This document shows, piece after piece, positions 20,685 through 32,238 of a stretch of 64,000 bases of DNA. A program made the position numbers and the translations under genes. The notes below the pieces were generated by a model. The model worked only from the letters and a program-made list of their open reading frames with translations. It made no database searches and was not told the origin of the DNA. This DNA comes from an uncultured bacterium (lineage in GTDB: Bacteria > Krumholzibacteriota > Krumholzibacteriia > LZORAL124-64-63), in contig CAVSGO010000005.1 of assembly GCA_963727525.1 (NCBI GenBank), forward strand, positions 756,262-820,261. The letters run 5' to 3'. Numbering within the stretch: the stretch's first letter is position 1; the number at the start of each line of letters is the position of its first letter.

Positions 20685-21719
20685 TTATAGCAGATGAATT
20701 CCGTTTACTTTGCATTTTTGAATCATTTCATCGGGCCAGATACTGGATTGAATTTCGCCGATATGGGCTTTGCGCAGAAAGTACATGCACAACCTCGACT
20801 GGCCGATTCCACCGCCAATACTCAGCGGCAGTTCGTCATTAAGCAGCATTTTATGCCACATCAGTTCTTTACGTTCTTCCAGTCCTCTTTGCTTTAGTTG
20901 CTCCAGCATGGCATTTTTATCGACCCGGATTCCCATGGATGAAATTTCGAATGCCCGGTCCAGAATATTATTCCAGAGAATAATATCGCCGTTCAGTCCT
21001 TTGCGGCCGTTTTCCGTTGGTGTTGTCCAGTCATCGTAATCGGGTGCACGGCCGTCGTGGATGCCGCCTCCCGGAATTTCGCCACCAATACCAATAACAA
21101 AAATAGCCCCGTGTTTTTTGGCTGCTTTTGTTTCCCGTTCAAAAGGAGTGAGATCAGGATATTTTTCTGCCAGTTCTTCCGAATGAATAAAAGTAATTTC
21201 TTCGGGCAATTGTGGTTTAATTTCCGGATAATTGTCATTAATGAGGAATTCTGTCCGCACAAGTGCTGAATATATTTTCCGTACAACTTTTTTCAAAAAC
21301 TGAAGATTTCGTTCATCTTCCGAAATTACACGTTCCCAGTCCCACTGGTCAACATACAGCGAATGAATGTTGGTCAGTTCTTCATCGGGCCTGATGGCAT
21401 TCATATCGGTATAAATTCCATAGCCTTTTTCGATGCCCAAATCTGCAAGCGCCAGTCTTTTCCATTTTGCCAGCGACTGCACAATTTCAGCCACCTGTTC
21501 GTTCATTTCCTTAATCGGAAACGAAACCGGGCGTTCAATTCCATTCAAATCATCGTTAACCCCGGTTCCCTGCTTTACAAACAAGGGCGCAGTGACACTG
21601 CGTAACCTCAGTTCGGAAGCCAGGTTCGACTGGAAAAAATCTTTTAGTAATTTAATCGCCTGTTCGGTTTGGTTAACATCCAGTACCGACTTGTAATTTT
21701 TTGGAATAAATAATTTCAT
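20685..21719 (-). CDS. asnA: Aspartate--ammonia ligase
   Basis: VQSLAKWKR, YVDQWDWE, HDGRAPDYDDW and SIGGGIGQSR. Intact 344 aa. Confidence 0.97.
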   Translation of the reverse strand: MKLFIPKNYKSVLDVNQTEQAIKLLKDFFQSNLASELRLRSVTAPLFVKQGTGVNDDLNGIERPVSFPIKEMNEQVAEIVQSLAKWKRLALADLGIEKGYGIYTDMNAIRPDEELTNIHSLYVDQWDWERVISEDERNLQFLKKVVRKIYSALVRTEFLINDNYPEIKPQLPEEITFIHSEELAEKYPDLTPFERETKAAKKHGAIFVIGIGGEIPGGGIHDGRAPDYDDWTTPTENGRKGLNGDIILWNNILDRAFEISSMGIRVDKNAMLEQLKQRGLEERKELMWHKMLLNDELPLSIGGGIGQSRLCMYFLRKAHIGEIQSSIWPDEMIQKCKVNGIHLL

Positions 21720-22009
21720 TTTATATTTATTGTATTTAATGTATTCAATTTAAGGCAGCTGCAAAAAGTCATCCGATGAATTCTGTTTTAAAATGCTGTA
21801 TGAGATTCATCGGATGATTTCCATGTCCTGTTAAAGGCAAAAATAAGATTCTGCTTTCAATTTGAAAGAAAATATTACATAAAACTTTCATAATACTTTA
21901 CAAAAAGAACAAAAAATAAATTAATGTTTAATAAAAGGTTCTGCATATTTTATTATAATCCAAAGTGATTTTTACTTTTGTATCTAATATCAAAATTACC
22001 AAAAAATTA

Positions 22010-23203
22010 GTGTCGCGAATCAGTAAAAATATAACCGAAGCTTTACCTGATTAAAATCTCAAAATGGTTTAACCTGGTGATGCCTGTGGTGGTTCTTTTT
22101 TACCAGTCGAATGGGATGGGAATGCACGAAATTTTTGTGCTGAAGGCCATTTATTCGCTGGCTATTGTTGCAATGGAAATTCCTTCGGGCTGGATGGCCG
22201 ATGTGTGGGGACGAAAAAAGACATTGATTCTTGGAAGTATTCTGGGCAGTGCAGGATTTTTAATTTACAGTTTTTCGTATGGTTTTTGGGCATTTGCAGT
22301 AGCCGAAATTATTCTGGGTATTGGCCATTCCTTTGTTTCAGGCGCCGATTCGGCCATGCTTTTTGATACATTAAAAGCACAGGATAAAACAAGCGAATAC
22401 GTGAAACAGGAAGGCCGGATAACATCGGCAGGTAATTTTGCTGAAGCAATTGCAGGTATTGCAGGTGGTTTTCTGGCAGCCATCAGTTTACGTACTCCGT
22501 TTTATTTTCAGTTTGCTGTTGCTGCAATTGCCATTCCCGCTGCTTTAACATTGATAGAACCAAAATTTCATTCAACAGAACATATTCATTCCATTAAAAA
22601 ACTGATACAAAATATCGGTAAAACCTTTTTATCGGACCAAAACCTGAGAATCGCGATTTTGTTATCGGCTGTTACCGGAACAGCCACATTGACTTTTGCC
22701 TGGTTTGTGCAGCCTTTTTTTAAAGCCATCGGGCTGCCGGTTGAATGGTTTGGAATATTGTGGACCTGCCTGAATCTGACCGTTGGGATTTCATCGGTTT
22801 TTGCATATCAGGTTGAAATATGGCTAGGGAAAAAATGGTCGGTGTTACTTGATAATTATGTTGCTTTCGGCCGGTTATTTTTTATCCGGATTATCCATTT
22901 CCTGGGTGAGGAATTGGTTTTTTGTTTCTCTTTTACCTGGTACGCGGCATTGCAACTCCCATCCTAAAAAATTACATCAACCTATATACTGACAGCGAAG
23001 TGCGGGCAACAATGCTGTCGGTGCGAAATTTTGTTATCCGGATAAGTTTTGCCGTAATTGGGCCGTTGCTAGGTTGGATAACTGATAATATTAATCTGAA
23101 ATCTGCATTTATTCTGGCCGGCGGAATTTATCTGGTTGCTGCTTTAATTATTGTTTTGCCGTGGTTAAAACCAGTGAAAACAAGGGGAATTAGAATAATC
23201 TGA
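22010..23203 (+). CDS. MFS transporter (frameshifted)
   Basis: EIPSGWMADVWGRKK motif A, multiple TM helices, RATMLS. Confidence 0.85.
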
Positions 23204-23223
23204 ATTTTTCTTTAAATCTGGAA

Positions 23224-24018
23224 TCATCTTCCTATACAATTTATTTCAAGTCCATCGTATGCAAGAAAAACATTTTCGGGCAATTCTTTTTCAATATCAT
23301 CGTGTTTACCAAAACCATGACTCAAATGCGTTAGATATGCTTTTTCGGGTTTAATTTTCTGAATAACTATCAAGTGCTTCATCAAGATTAAAATGCGAAA
23401 TGTGCTTTTCCTTGCGCAGGGCATTAATAATTAAAATTCTGGTGCCTTTTATTTTTTCCATTTCTTCAGGCGGAATAAAATTGGTATCGGTAATATAAGT
23501 CAAATCTCCCACCCTGAAACCATAAACCGGTAATTTATGGTGAAAGCAGCGGATGGGTATAAATGTTAATACCATCAATTTTAAAAGGCCGTCTATTTAC
23601 CATGTGAAGTTTCATTTTAGGAATTCCCGGGTATTTATAATCAGTAAAAACATAACTAGAAAATACGTTTTATGGCTTCCTGCACACGCTCTTCGGCATA
23701 AATATCAAGTGGATGTTTTTGAACCAGTTAAACGAGCGAATATCATCCAGGCCAAAAATATGATCTACATGTTCGTGTGTAATCAGAACAGCCCGCAGCG
23801 TATTTAAACTTTTCGCGCAACATTTGCTGTCTGAAATCGGGGCCGGCATCAATAACAAAATTTTACTCTTAATTTGCAGCAACAATGATGATCGTAATCG
23901 TTTATCTTTTGCATCTGCGACCGGCAAACTTCGCAATTGCAGGCAATTACCGGCACACCCTGTGAAGTTCCGGTTCCAAGCAATGTTGCTTCAATTGTAT
24001 AATTTTCCGGTCTGTCAT
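23224..24018 (-). CDS. MBL-fold metallo-hydrolase (PhnP-like; frameshifted)
   Basis: LGTGTSQGVP, THEHVDHIFGLDD, YITD, THLSH and AYDG. Confidence 0.85.
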
Positions 24019-24084
24019 ATCGCAAATTTAACAAAAGCTGTTGTGTTACCGACGAATATCTCTATTTTTGCAAAAACTTTTCAA

Positions 24085-24786
24085 ATGGCAAAATTATTTC
24101 TTGTTCCCAATGTTTTAGCGAAGGCGACTGGCAAAATGTTTTGCCGGCCAGATTTTCAAATTCTTTCATACAAAATATTTTATTGTTGAAAATATACGAA
24201 CTGCCCGCCGGTTTCTGAAACAGGTAAACAAGGAAATTGATATCGACAGCCTAACTTTTTTCGAACTGAACAAATACACCCGAAAAAGCTGATTTACCCG
24301 GATTTTTAAAACCCGTTGAAACGGGATTGGATGTTGCGGTAATTTCGGAAGCAGGTTGTCCGGGCGTTGCAGATCCGGGTGCGGATATTGTAAAAATTGC
24401 ACATCAAAAAAAAATAAAAGTTGTTCCGCTGGTAGGGCCTTCTTCAATTTTACTGGCACTAATGGCATCGGGGTTGAACGGCCAGAATTTTACATTTAAT
24501 GGTTATTTGCCTGTAAAACCCGATGAACGCATCGCGAGCTATTGCAACGTTGGAAAAAAAGGTGCAAACACAACAAGCAAACACAAATTTTTATTGAAAC
24601 TCCTTACCGCAACAACCAGATGATGAATGATTTGCTGAAAACATGCTCCCCTTCTACCCTGCTTTGTATTGCGGCCAATATTACTGGCGAAAATGAATTT
24701 ATTGCCACCAAAACCATTCAGCAATGGAAAAAGGAAGTATTCCGGATTTGCATAAAATTCCTGCGATTTTTTTAATGGGAATGTAA
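24085..24786 (+). CDS. RsmI-like SAM-dependent (tetrapyrrole methylase family) methyltransferase (frameshifted)
   Basis: SEAGCPGVADPG, PLVGPSSILLALMASG and IETPYRN. Confidence 0.85.
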
Positions 24787-24789
24787 TTG

Positions 24790-25872
24790 ATAATTCAAAC
24801 GAATGCCCGTGCTTCGTTATCAGTAACATGAAAATTCATATTCAAAATTTGGTGTAAAAACCTCCTGTCCCGATTTGTTTTTCAATCTGATTTTTGGTCC
24901 AGAAACGCGCTTCCTCCACTTCGTCGGAATGAACCTGAATAGTTTTTATAATCGAAGGTGGTAAACAGATAAACCAGTTCGGTTTCCACATCTGATTCCC
25001 ACTTATAAACTTTTTGCAGTTTTGCGGAAAAATCTTTCAGTCCGATTTCTTCAAATGCTTCTTTTTAAGGGCTTTTTCCAGTGTTTCTCCTGCGCTGAAT
25101 ATGGCCGCCAACTGCAGTATCCCATTTACCGGGTTGAATGAGTTTTGATGCGGCCGTTTTTGCAATAAAATGGCTTTATTGCTGGTTGATTACATGCATG
25201 TGAACCACCGGATGCAAAAATTTGCTTCCGTTGTGTACCTGGCTGCGGGGCGCCTGTCCGGTAATTTTTCCTTTTTCATCAACCAGCGGAACCCACTCTT
25301 CGCTTGGCAAGTTTTTTTTGTTTTTTCTTTTGATTTAGAAATTCGAATAAAAAATAAACGCCAAAAAAAACATAAAACAATCCGCCACTGATAAATGCCC
25401 ATGCTTCTTTACTCATGTAAAAAGTAGCATAAAAAACCAGAAGTGTGTGCGCAGAAAACATATAAAAAAGAATTTTCAGGCTTCTTCGCATTTGCGTCAC
25501 CTGTGCTTCGTTAAACGTTACCCCTTTCAGATAGCGCTGCCCCATCAGTCCGACAATATTTACCTGCGAAAAAGCAGAAACACCAAGCACTGCAACAAAA
25601 ATCAGCTCAATTAATCCGGGTTTTAGTTTAAAAAAGATATCGTTGTTCAGCAGAATGGAAACTGCGCCCAAAATTACCAGCAACAGTGTATCGAAAAGAA
25701 TAAATTTATCGAACCGTTTTTCCCTGAAACCAACCCAGGCCATTTCAGCAATTCCAACACCAATGGCAACAAACAGCCCGGTTTTAGTCCCCCAAATTTC
25801 ATCGGCAGCAATGAAAACAAAAAGCGGAATAAAACCGGGCAGTAATTTTTTCAGGAGTTCGGTCTTGTTCAT
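24790..25872 (-). CDS. YciB/IspZ-like membrane domain followed by a NUDIX (IDI-like) domain, probable fusion (frameshifted; end approximate)
   Basis: Membrane part FIPLFVF...FFKLKP. The adjacent frame continues EWVPLVDEKG...LHPVVH...QPGKWDTAVGGH...EAFEEIG. Confidence 0.7.
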
Positions 25873-25889
25873 TCAAATTCCGGAAAAAT

Positions 25890-26432
25890 AATTAAAATCG
25901 GATTATTGGGTTTGGTGCGGGATAAACCTTATACACCTCCACTTCCATCAAAAGTGTTGTAAATCCGGGAACTCCACTACCAATGAGTCCATTTTGTCCG
26001 TAATGCCAGTTCTGAAGGTAAAATCAGCAATGCTTTTGAATCTTTTTTCATATACGTTAAGCTTCGTTCAGGCCTTTGAAATTGCGTTACTGATGTTGCA
26101 GAAGAACTTAACTGTGATGCCGGCTGAACGTCAATTTGAAGGGGCTCATAAGAACCACTTCCATCAATGTAAACACTGTCAAGTGTCCAGATATCATAAA
26201 AAATCTGCACCCTGTCGCCCACATTTTGATGGAATCGCCGATGCCTTCTTGTTGTTCAATATAAAATAAACCCGACCGTTTGGGTTCCAGTTAGGATAAT
26301 TATTCGACAATATAGGTATCCAGTTTTTCCAGCTCCCGCTGCCGGCGTTTTCCCAAATTGTCTTCCTTGCAGGAAAAAAATGCAGCCACCAGCAACAGTC
26401 GAAACCAATCCGTTAAAAAATTTTAGTTTCAT
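25890..26432 (-). CDS. FKBP-type peptidyl-prolyl isomerase lipoprotein (frameshifted; end approximate)
   Basis: GDRVQIFY...YMK...LILPSELA fragments. Confidence 0.65.
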
Positions 26433-26469
26433 TAATTTGATTTTAATTTTCAAACTTCCGAAGAAGGTT

Positions 26470-26978
26470 TTATTTCGAACATTTTAACCACAAAAATCAG
26501 GGATTGGTTGGGACCGATAATTCCGGAGCCCAGCTGGTCCGTAACCTAATTCAGAAGGCACAATGAACTGAATTTTTCCTCCTTCGTTTATTTGTTTTAT
26601 TCCGTCTTCCCAACCCGGAATGGCATTTACAGCGCCTATTTCAAATTCCCATTTGCCGTCGGACCAGTGAATTTCAGACGAATCGAACAGATAACCATCC
26701 ATCAAATAACCGGAATAACCTACTACTACGGTGTCACCCTGCTTTAGGATATTCACCTTCACCTTCTTCAATTACAACATAATAAACTCCCAAATCGGTA
26801 GTATCCACATCGTAATCTTTAGCTTCCAGACTATCGATATAAGCACTGAGTAATATTCATTTCTTCCGCTTTGGTCTGTATCCGTTCGGGTTCCGGATCT
26901 ATCCATATCAACACACGATGAAATCAGCACTGCAACAAACACTGCAAATCCCAAATTCATTAAAAATTTCATTTTCAT
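26470..26978 (-). CDS. FKBP-type peptidyl-prolyl isomerase lipoprotein (frameshifted)
   Basis: Lipobox ISSC, GDTVVVGYSG...FDSS...IPGWEDG...PSELGYG. Confidence 0.85.
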
Positions 26979-26987
26979 ATTTCTTCT

Positions 26988-28025
26988 TTAAATTATTGTT
27001 TCCAATAACTGATGCTTATACTCCTGTAAAAGTTGCTTGAACTTTTCAATTGTTTCATTTAAATTTTGTTTTGACTCGCCGCCCGCAGCATTCAAATGCC
27101 CGCCGCCATCAAAATGTTCGCGCGAAAATTTATTTGCAGGAAAATTTCCTTTCGACCGGAATGAGGCTTTAACAAAATCTTCTTTTTCAATAAACAACGC
27201 AGAAAAAACAATATTATTGATGGATAGCGGATAATTTACAAATCCTTCGGTATCGCCGGTTTTATATTCGAATTCTTCCAGTTCTTTTTTGGTAATGGAA
27301 ATAACTGCTGAACGTAATTCAGGAAAAACTTCCATTTTTTTATCCAGACAATGTCCCAGTAACCTCATTCTGTTGGCCGAAAAATTATGATAAACATTCG
27401 ACTGAATTTTTTCGGCGTTCAATTCCCAAAGCCATCAGTTCGGCAATTACCCTGAAAGTATTCGGATTGGAAATATTGTGGCTGAACGAGCCGGTGTCGG
27501 TCATAATTCCGGTGTACAAAGCTTCTGCAGAATTTTTGTTAATATGTTTTTTCAACCCGATTTCGCTGATAACCACATAAATCAATTCAGCGGTTGAACT
27601 GTATTCCGGTTCCGAAATCAGAATATCGCGGAAAATCGGAAGGATGCGGATGATGATCGATTAAAACATTTGGCCGGTCAAAATTCAGAATATGTTTTTC
27701 CAGATTCCCTGCCCGTTTTGCATCATTAAAATCGAGACAAAACAACATCGCAGCTTCTTCAAAGGCTTCTTTGGCCTTCTTTTTTTCTTTGCGTAAATCA
27801 TAATTTCAATTTCCGAAGAAAACCATTTAAGAAATTCAGGATAATTGTTCGGGGAAATAATTGATACATTATGTCCGCTGATTTTGAAGCACTTCGGCCA
27901 AGCCAATAGCTGAACCAATAGCATCGCCATCCGGATTTTCATGTGTTACCAAAACAATCTGCTCTTCTTTGTCTTGCAAGAAGTTGTTTCAGTTTTATAA
28001 GAATCTCATTTCCAGTATTTTTCAA
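26988..28025 (-). CDS. DHH-family phosphoesterase (NrnA-like; frameshifted)
   Basis: HENPDGDAIGS, IDHH, GIMTDTGSF, SFRS and GGGHLNAAG. Confidence 0.88.
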
Positions 28026-28139
28026 ATCAGTTATTTATTTGAACTGACAAAGATAAGAATTCTGGTATGCGTGCAAAGGCTATTTTAGTCAATTTTTTAT
28101 AATATTGCGAATTCATTACAAATTTTAAAAATTGAGAAA

Positions 28140-28559
28140 ATGGCAGGAAAACTGACCTTCACAATGATTAAGCCAACGGCTTTTAAAAACAATTATGCCG
28201 GGGCAATTTTAAAAATGATAAACGAAGCAGGTTTTGTAATTAAAGCAATGAAATTAACCCGGTTAACGCCCGAACAGGCCGGAGATTTTTATGAAGTTCA
28301 TAAAGGAAAGCCATTTTACGAATCGCTGGTTGAATTTATGAGTTCGGGCCCCATTATTGCAGCTATTCTTGAAAAAGAAAATGCAGTGGAAGATTACCGG
28401 ACATTAATTGGTGCCACCAATCCGGAAAATGCTGCAGAAGGAACAATCAGGAAATTGTATGCAACCAGTTTGCAGCAAAATGCAGTTCATGGTTCCGACA
28501 GTGATGAAAATGCAATAATTGAAGCTGATTTTTTCTTTTCGAAAACGGAACGGTTCTAA
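28140..28559 (+). CDS. ndk: Nucleoside-diphosphate kinase
   Basis: TFTMIKP, GATNP and NAVHGSDS. Intact. Confidence 0.97.
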   Translation: MAGKLTFTMIKPTAFKNNYAGAILKMINEAGFVIKAMKLTRLTPEQAGDFYEVHKGKPFYESLVEFMSSGPIIAAILEKENAVEDYRTLIGATNPENAAEGTIRKLYATSLQQNAVHGSDSDENAIIEADFFFSKTERF

Positions 28560-28609
28560 GATATGATAAGAAGATTTGGAAAGGTTGTCTATAATATATC
28601 CGGCAACTT

Positions 28610-28902
28610 TTATTTAAATACAATTTTATAGACTAATTCTTCACCGGCATTTTCGTTGAGTTTGCTACGAATTTCTTCACGCATCATTAAAATTCATTTT
28701 TTACCACTGACGAACTGATTTCCACATATAAAATCCCGTTTGAAATAAATAATTTTCCGTGTATAACGTGCAATGGTTTTCCCTAAATGTTCTTCCCAGG
28801 ATTGAACAATGCTCTACCTCTTTTAATTTACGCTCCAATCTTCATTTCGCGAATATAATCTTGCAAAGCTTCTCCTAACGTTTGTGTATTACTTCTTTTC
28901 AT
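28610..28902 (-). CDS. DUF721/DciA-family protein (frameshifted)
   Basis: MKRSNTQTLGE...WEEHLGKTIARYT. Located immediately downstream of recF. Confidence 0.7.
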
Positions 28903-30012
28903 TCTTGATCTCTTCTCAACATTTCCTGAATCCACCATGAAAGATACGAAAATCGGCATTCATTTTTTTTATTATTGCGTCAAGATGTTCGCGGTTAGTA
29001 TCGGTAATAAATATCTGTCCGAATTTTTCGCCTGAAACTACTTTAATTATTTGTTCCACCCGCAGGCTGTCGAGTTTATCGAAAATATCGTCGAGCAGCA
29101 AAATCGGTTTCATTCCCGAAATTTCTTTAATAAAATCAAACTGTGCCAGTTTCAATGCTGCCAGGTAGGTTTTTTTTTGCCCCTGCGAACCAGTTTTTTA
29201 ATTGGATAACCGTCGATGGTAAAAACCAGTTCATCTTTATGAATTCCGGCTAGTTGTATATTGAACAGCCCGATCCTTTGGACTGCGATTCCTTTAAAAG
29301 CTTTTCAAAATCATTTTCGTGTAAATCCGATTGATGAGTCAGTCCTACCACTTCGTTTCCCTGCGAAACAAATGAATAATATTATTGAAAAACAGGAATT
29401 AGTTTTTCCACAAATATTCAACCGTTCTTCATGAATTCTGTTTCCCGGTTCAACCAATTGCTCATCCCAGATAGCAAACAATTCAGAATCAAAATAACGT
29501 TCGGAGGCAAATTGTTTCAGCAAATTATTTCGTTGCAAAAGTGCGCGGTTGTATTTCAACAAATCTTCAAGGTAACTTTGATTGTATTGCGAAATTACAC
29601 CATCCATAAATTTTCGGCGTTCGTCACTGCCTCCCAAAATCAGATTAACATCCGAAGGTGTAATCATTACCAATGGCAGCAACCCGATATGTTCACCAGT
29701 TTTTTATAAACTTTCGAATTTCGTTTTAAATTGTTTTTTTTGCCCTTTCTGAAAGCCGCATAAATTATTTCTTTGGAATCGAGCCGCTTGTAATTTCCAT
29801 TCAGCATAAAATAATTTTCATCGTGGTTGATATTCAGCTGATCGACCGGATTAGAAAAACTTTTGCAAAACGAAAGATAATAAATGGCATCGAGCAGGTT
29901 GGTTTTTCCGGCGCCGTTATTCCCAATAAAACAATTTAACCGGTGCGAAAAATCCAACCTTTACATCTTTCAGGTTTTTAAAATTAACAATTGAAATTTC
30001 TTCAATATACAT
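28899..30012 (-). CDS. recF: DNA replication/repair protein RecF (frameshifted)
   Basis: GNNGAGKTNLLDAI, ERRKFMD, SQGQKK, LLLDDIFDKLD and QIFITDT. Confidence 0.92.
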
Positions 30013-30192
30013 ATATAAAATTTCTGCAAGTTTGCTACAAAACTAATTAAAAAACACGGGGAGATGAACTCCAGAAATCAATTTCATTTTAATAACACGA
30101 AGATGTTGATTAATATTCAAATTTATACGTTTATATTCCACACAGTTTTGAAAAAAAAGCTATTTTTGCGGCACAATTTTGAAAATGAAGAC

Positions 30193-30882
30193 ATGGCAAA
30201 GAAAAAAGCTCAGCAAGAAGATAATTTGCAGGAACTTGAAAGTGCTTTAACAAAAACGGAACATTTTATTGAAGACAACCAGAAAATTATAACCTATGTA
30301 GTTGGTGCAATTATACTGGTTGTAGTTATTTATCTAGGGTTTACCAAATTTTATCTTCAACCCAAGGAAGAAGAGGCGCAATCGCAAATGTTTATGGCCG
30401 AGAATTATTTTGAAAAAGATTCATTTAACCTGGCAATCAACGGCGATGGCAACTATCTCGGATTTCTTGATATTATTGATGATTATGGAATTACCGAGTC
30501 GGCAAACCTTGCAAAATATTATACCGGAATATCTTATCTTCACCTTGGACAGTATGAAGAAGCACTGGATTATTTGAATAGATTTTAAAACTGATGATTT
30601 ATTGCTTGAACCAATTACTGAAGGAGCAAAAGGCGATGCATACCTTGAACTTGGAGAAAAAGAAAAAGCACTGAAGCAATATAAAAAGGCATATTCGTTA
30701 GATCGACAATGAATTAACCACTCCGATTTATATGATGAAAGCAGCCAATCTGCTTGAATCGATGGACAGAGTTGGAAGATGCACTGGCAGTTTATCAGAA
30801 AATAAAAGAAGAATATCCGGAATCAGCGGAAGGACGAAATGTTGAACGATACATAGCACGGGTAAAAATAAAATTGGGATAA
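30193..30882 (+). CDS. Tetratricopeptide-repeat membrane protein (frameshifted)
   Basis: Single TM helix followed by TPR-like helices. Upstream of ribH. Confidence 0.8.
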
Positions 30883-30936
30883 ACTCAAATTATAAATCAA
30901 ACCCCTCCCTTGCGAGGGGTTTTTTATTTATAAAAT

Positions 30937-31424
30937 ATGGCAACAAAAGATCTTTCTCATTACGATATACATTCTGTTCCTTCGGCAGAAAACATGCGAT
31001 TTGGCGTTGTTGTGGCTGAATGGAATTTTGAAATAACATCTGCATTGGCCGAAGGAGCATTAAGCACTTTAAAAAAACATGGTGCAACTGAAGAAAACAT
31101 TCTGGTGAAATATGTTCCCGGAACATTTGAATTACCGCTTGGGCGGACAGTATTTTGCAGAAATGGAAAATGTGGATGCTGTGATTCTTCTGGGTTGTGT
31201 AATTCAGGGAGAAACCCGCCATTTCGATTACATTTGTGAAGGTGTTACCAAAGGTACAGTTGAATTAAACCTAAAGTACAACAAGCCTTTTATTTTTGGT
31301 GTTTTAACCACCGATAATGAACAACAGGCGAAAGACCGGGCAGGTGGAAAACATCGGCAACAAAGGCGATGAAGCGGCAGTTACTGCAATAAAAATGGTT
31401 CACTTGAAAAATTCATTCTTATAA
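30937..31424 (+). CDS. ribH: 6,7-dimethyl-8-ribityllumazine synthase (frameshifted)
   Basis: [29 protein letters not shown] and FGVLTT. Confidence 0.93.
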
Positions 31425-31482
31425 AAAAAAGGGTTTACAATAATTTGCAAACCCCCTAAACTAATCTAACTATTAAACAATA

Positions 31483-31869
31483 CTACATCCCTCCAGATCC
31501 TCCGCCTTGTCTTCTTCTTTCTCTTCGTTCCTCCTGATATTTTTCGTATTTTACCCACTGATCATCTGTAAGAATAGCCTTCATTTTTTTATTCTGTCCT
31601 TCGCGTATTTTAGTCATGTCTTCGCGCATGGCTTCCCAGCCACCACCCTGGTTTTTTTCGCGCAAAGCTCTCATTTCCTTACTTGTTTCAAGGTTCAGGT
31701 CATAAACTTTTTTCTCCTGGTCCTGATTTAAATCAAGCGCTTCTTTAAGCTGCGCTGTCTGGCGTTTCGCCATTTCTTCCGGATCAAAATTTCTTTGTCC
31801 ACCGGGTTGAGCCATAATTGCTGTTGTTCCCAGTATTAGTGCGGCCAACAATAATCCAATTCTTTTCAT
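31483..31869 (-). CDS. Periplasmic helical protein (DUF4890/Spy-like)
   Basis: Signal peptide, L.L..DQ repeats and KAILTDDQW. Confidence 0.7.
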   Translation of the reverse strand: MKRIGLLLAALILGTTAIMAQPGGQRNFDPEEMAKRQTAQLKEALDLNQDQEKKVYDLNLETSKEMRALREKNQGGGWEAMREDMTKIREGQNKKMKAILTDDQWVKYEKYQEERRERRRQGGGSGGM

Positions 31870-32238
31870 AATTAAAATTTTAAATGTTTTTACTTCAAAG
31901 CCACTAAAACAGACATTCGACAATAAAAAACATAAAACGTTTAACGGGATATTTGAAAAAGAAGAATTTAATTCAGGCCAACGTTCATATTCATTCCAGG
32001 AATATCAACAGTGTTCCAATAACCTGAAGCTTAATTTTTTTTGAATATGTAGTAAATTCCTATTTGAAAATTTCGCTCCCACTGCACAGATGCCGGTAAA
32101 AACGAAATCATAAAAAGTATGAAATTCCAGCAGTTCTTAAATGAATCCAATTTTAGAAAAACAGGTATTTTGTACTTAAGTTTATTCACTAAAAAAATGC
32201 CGGCATAAAACCGGCATTCTCATTATTATTTTTCAAAT

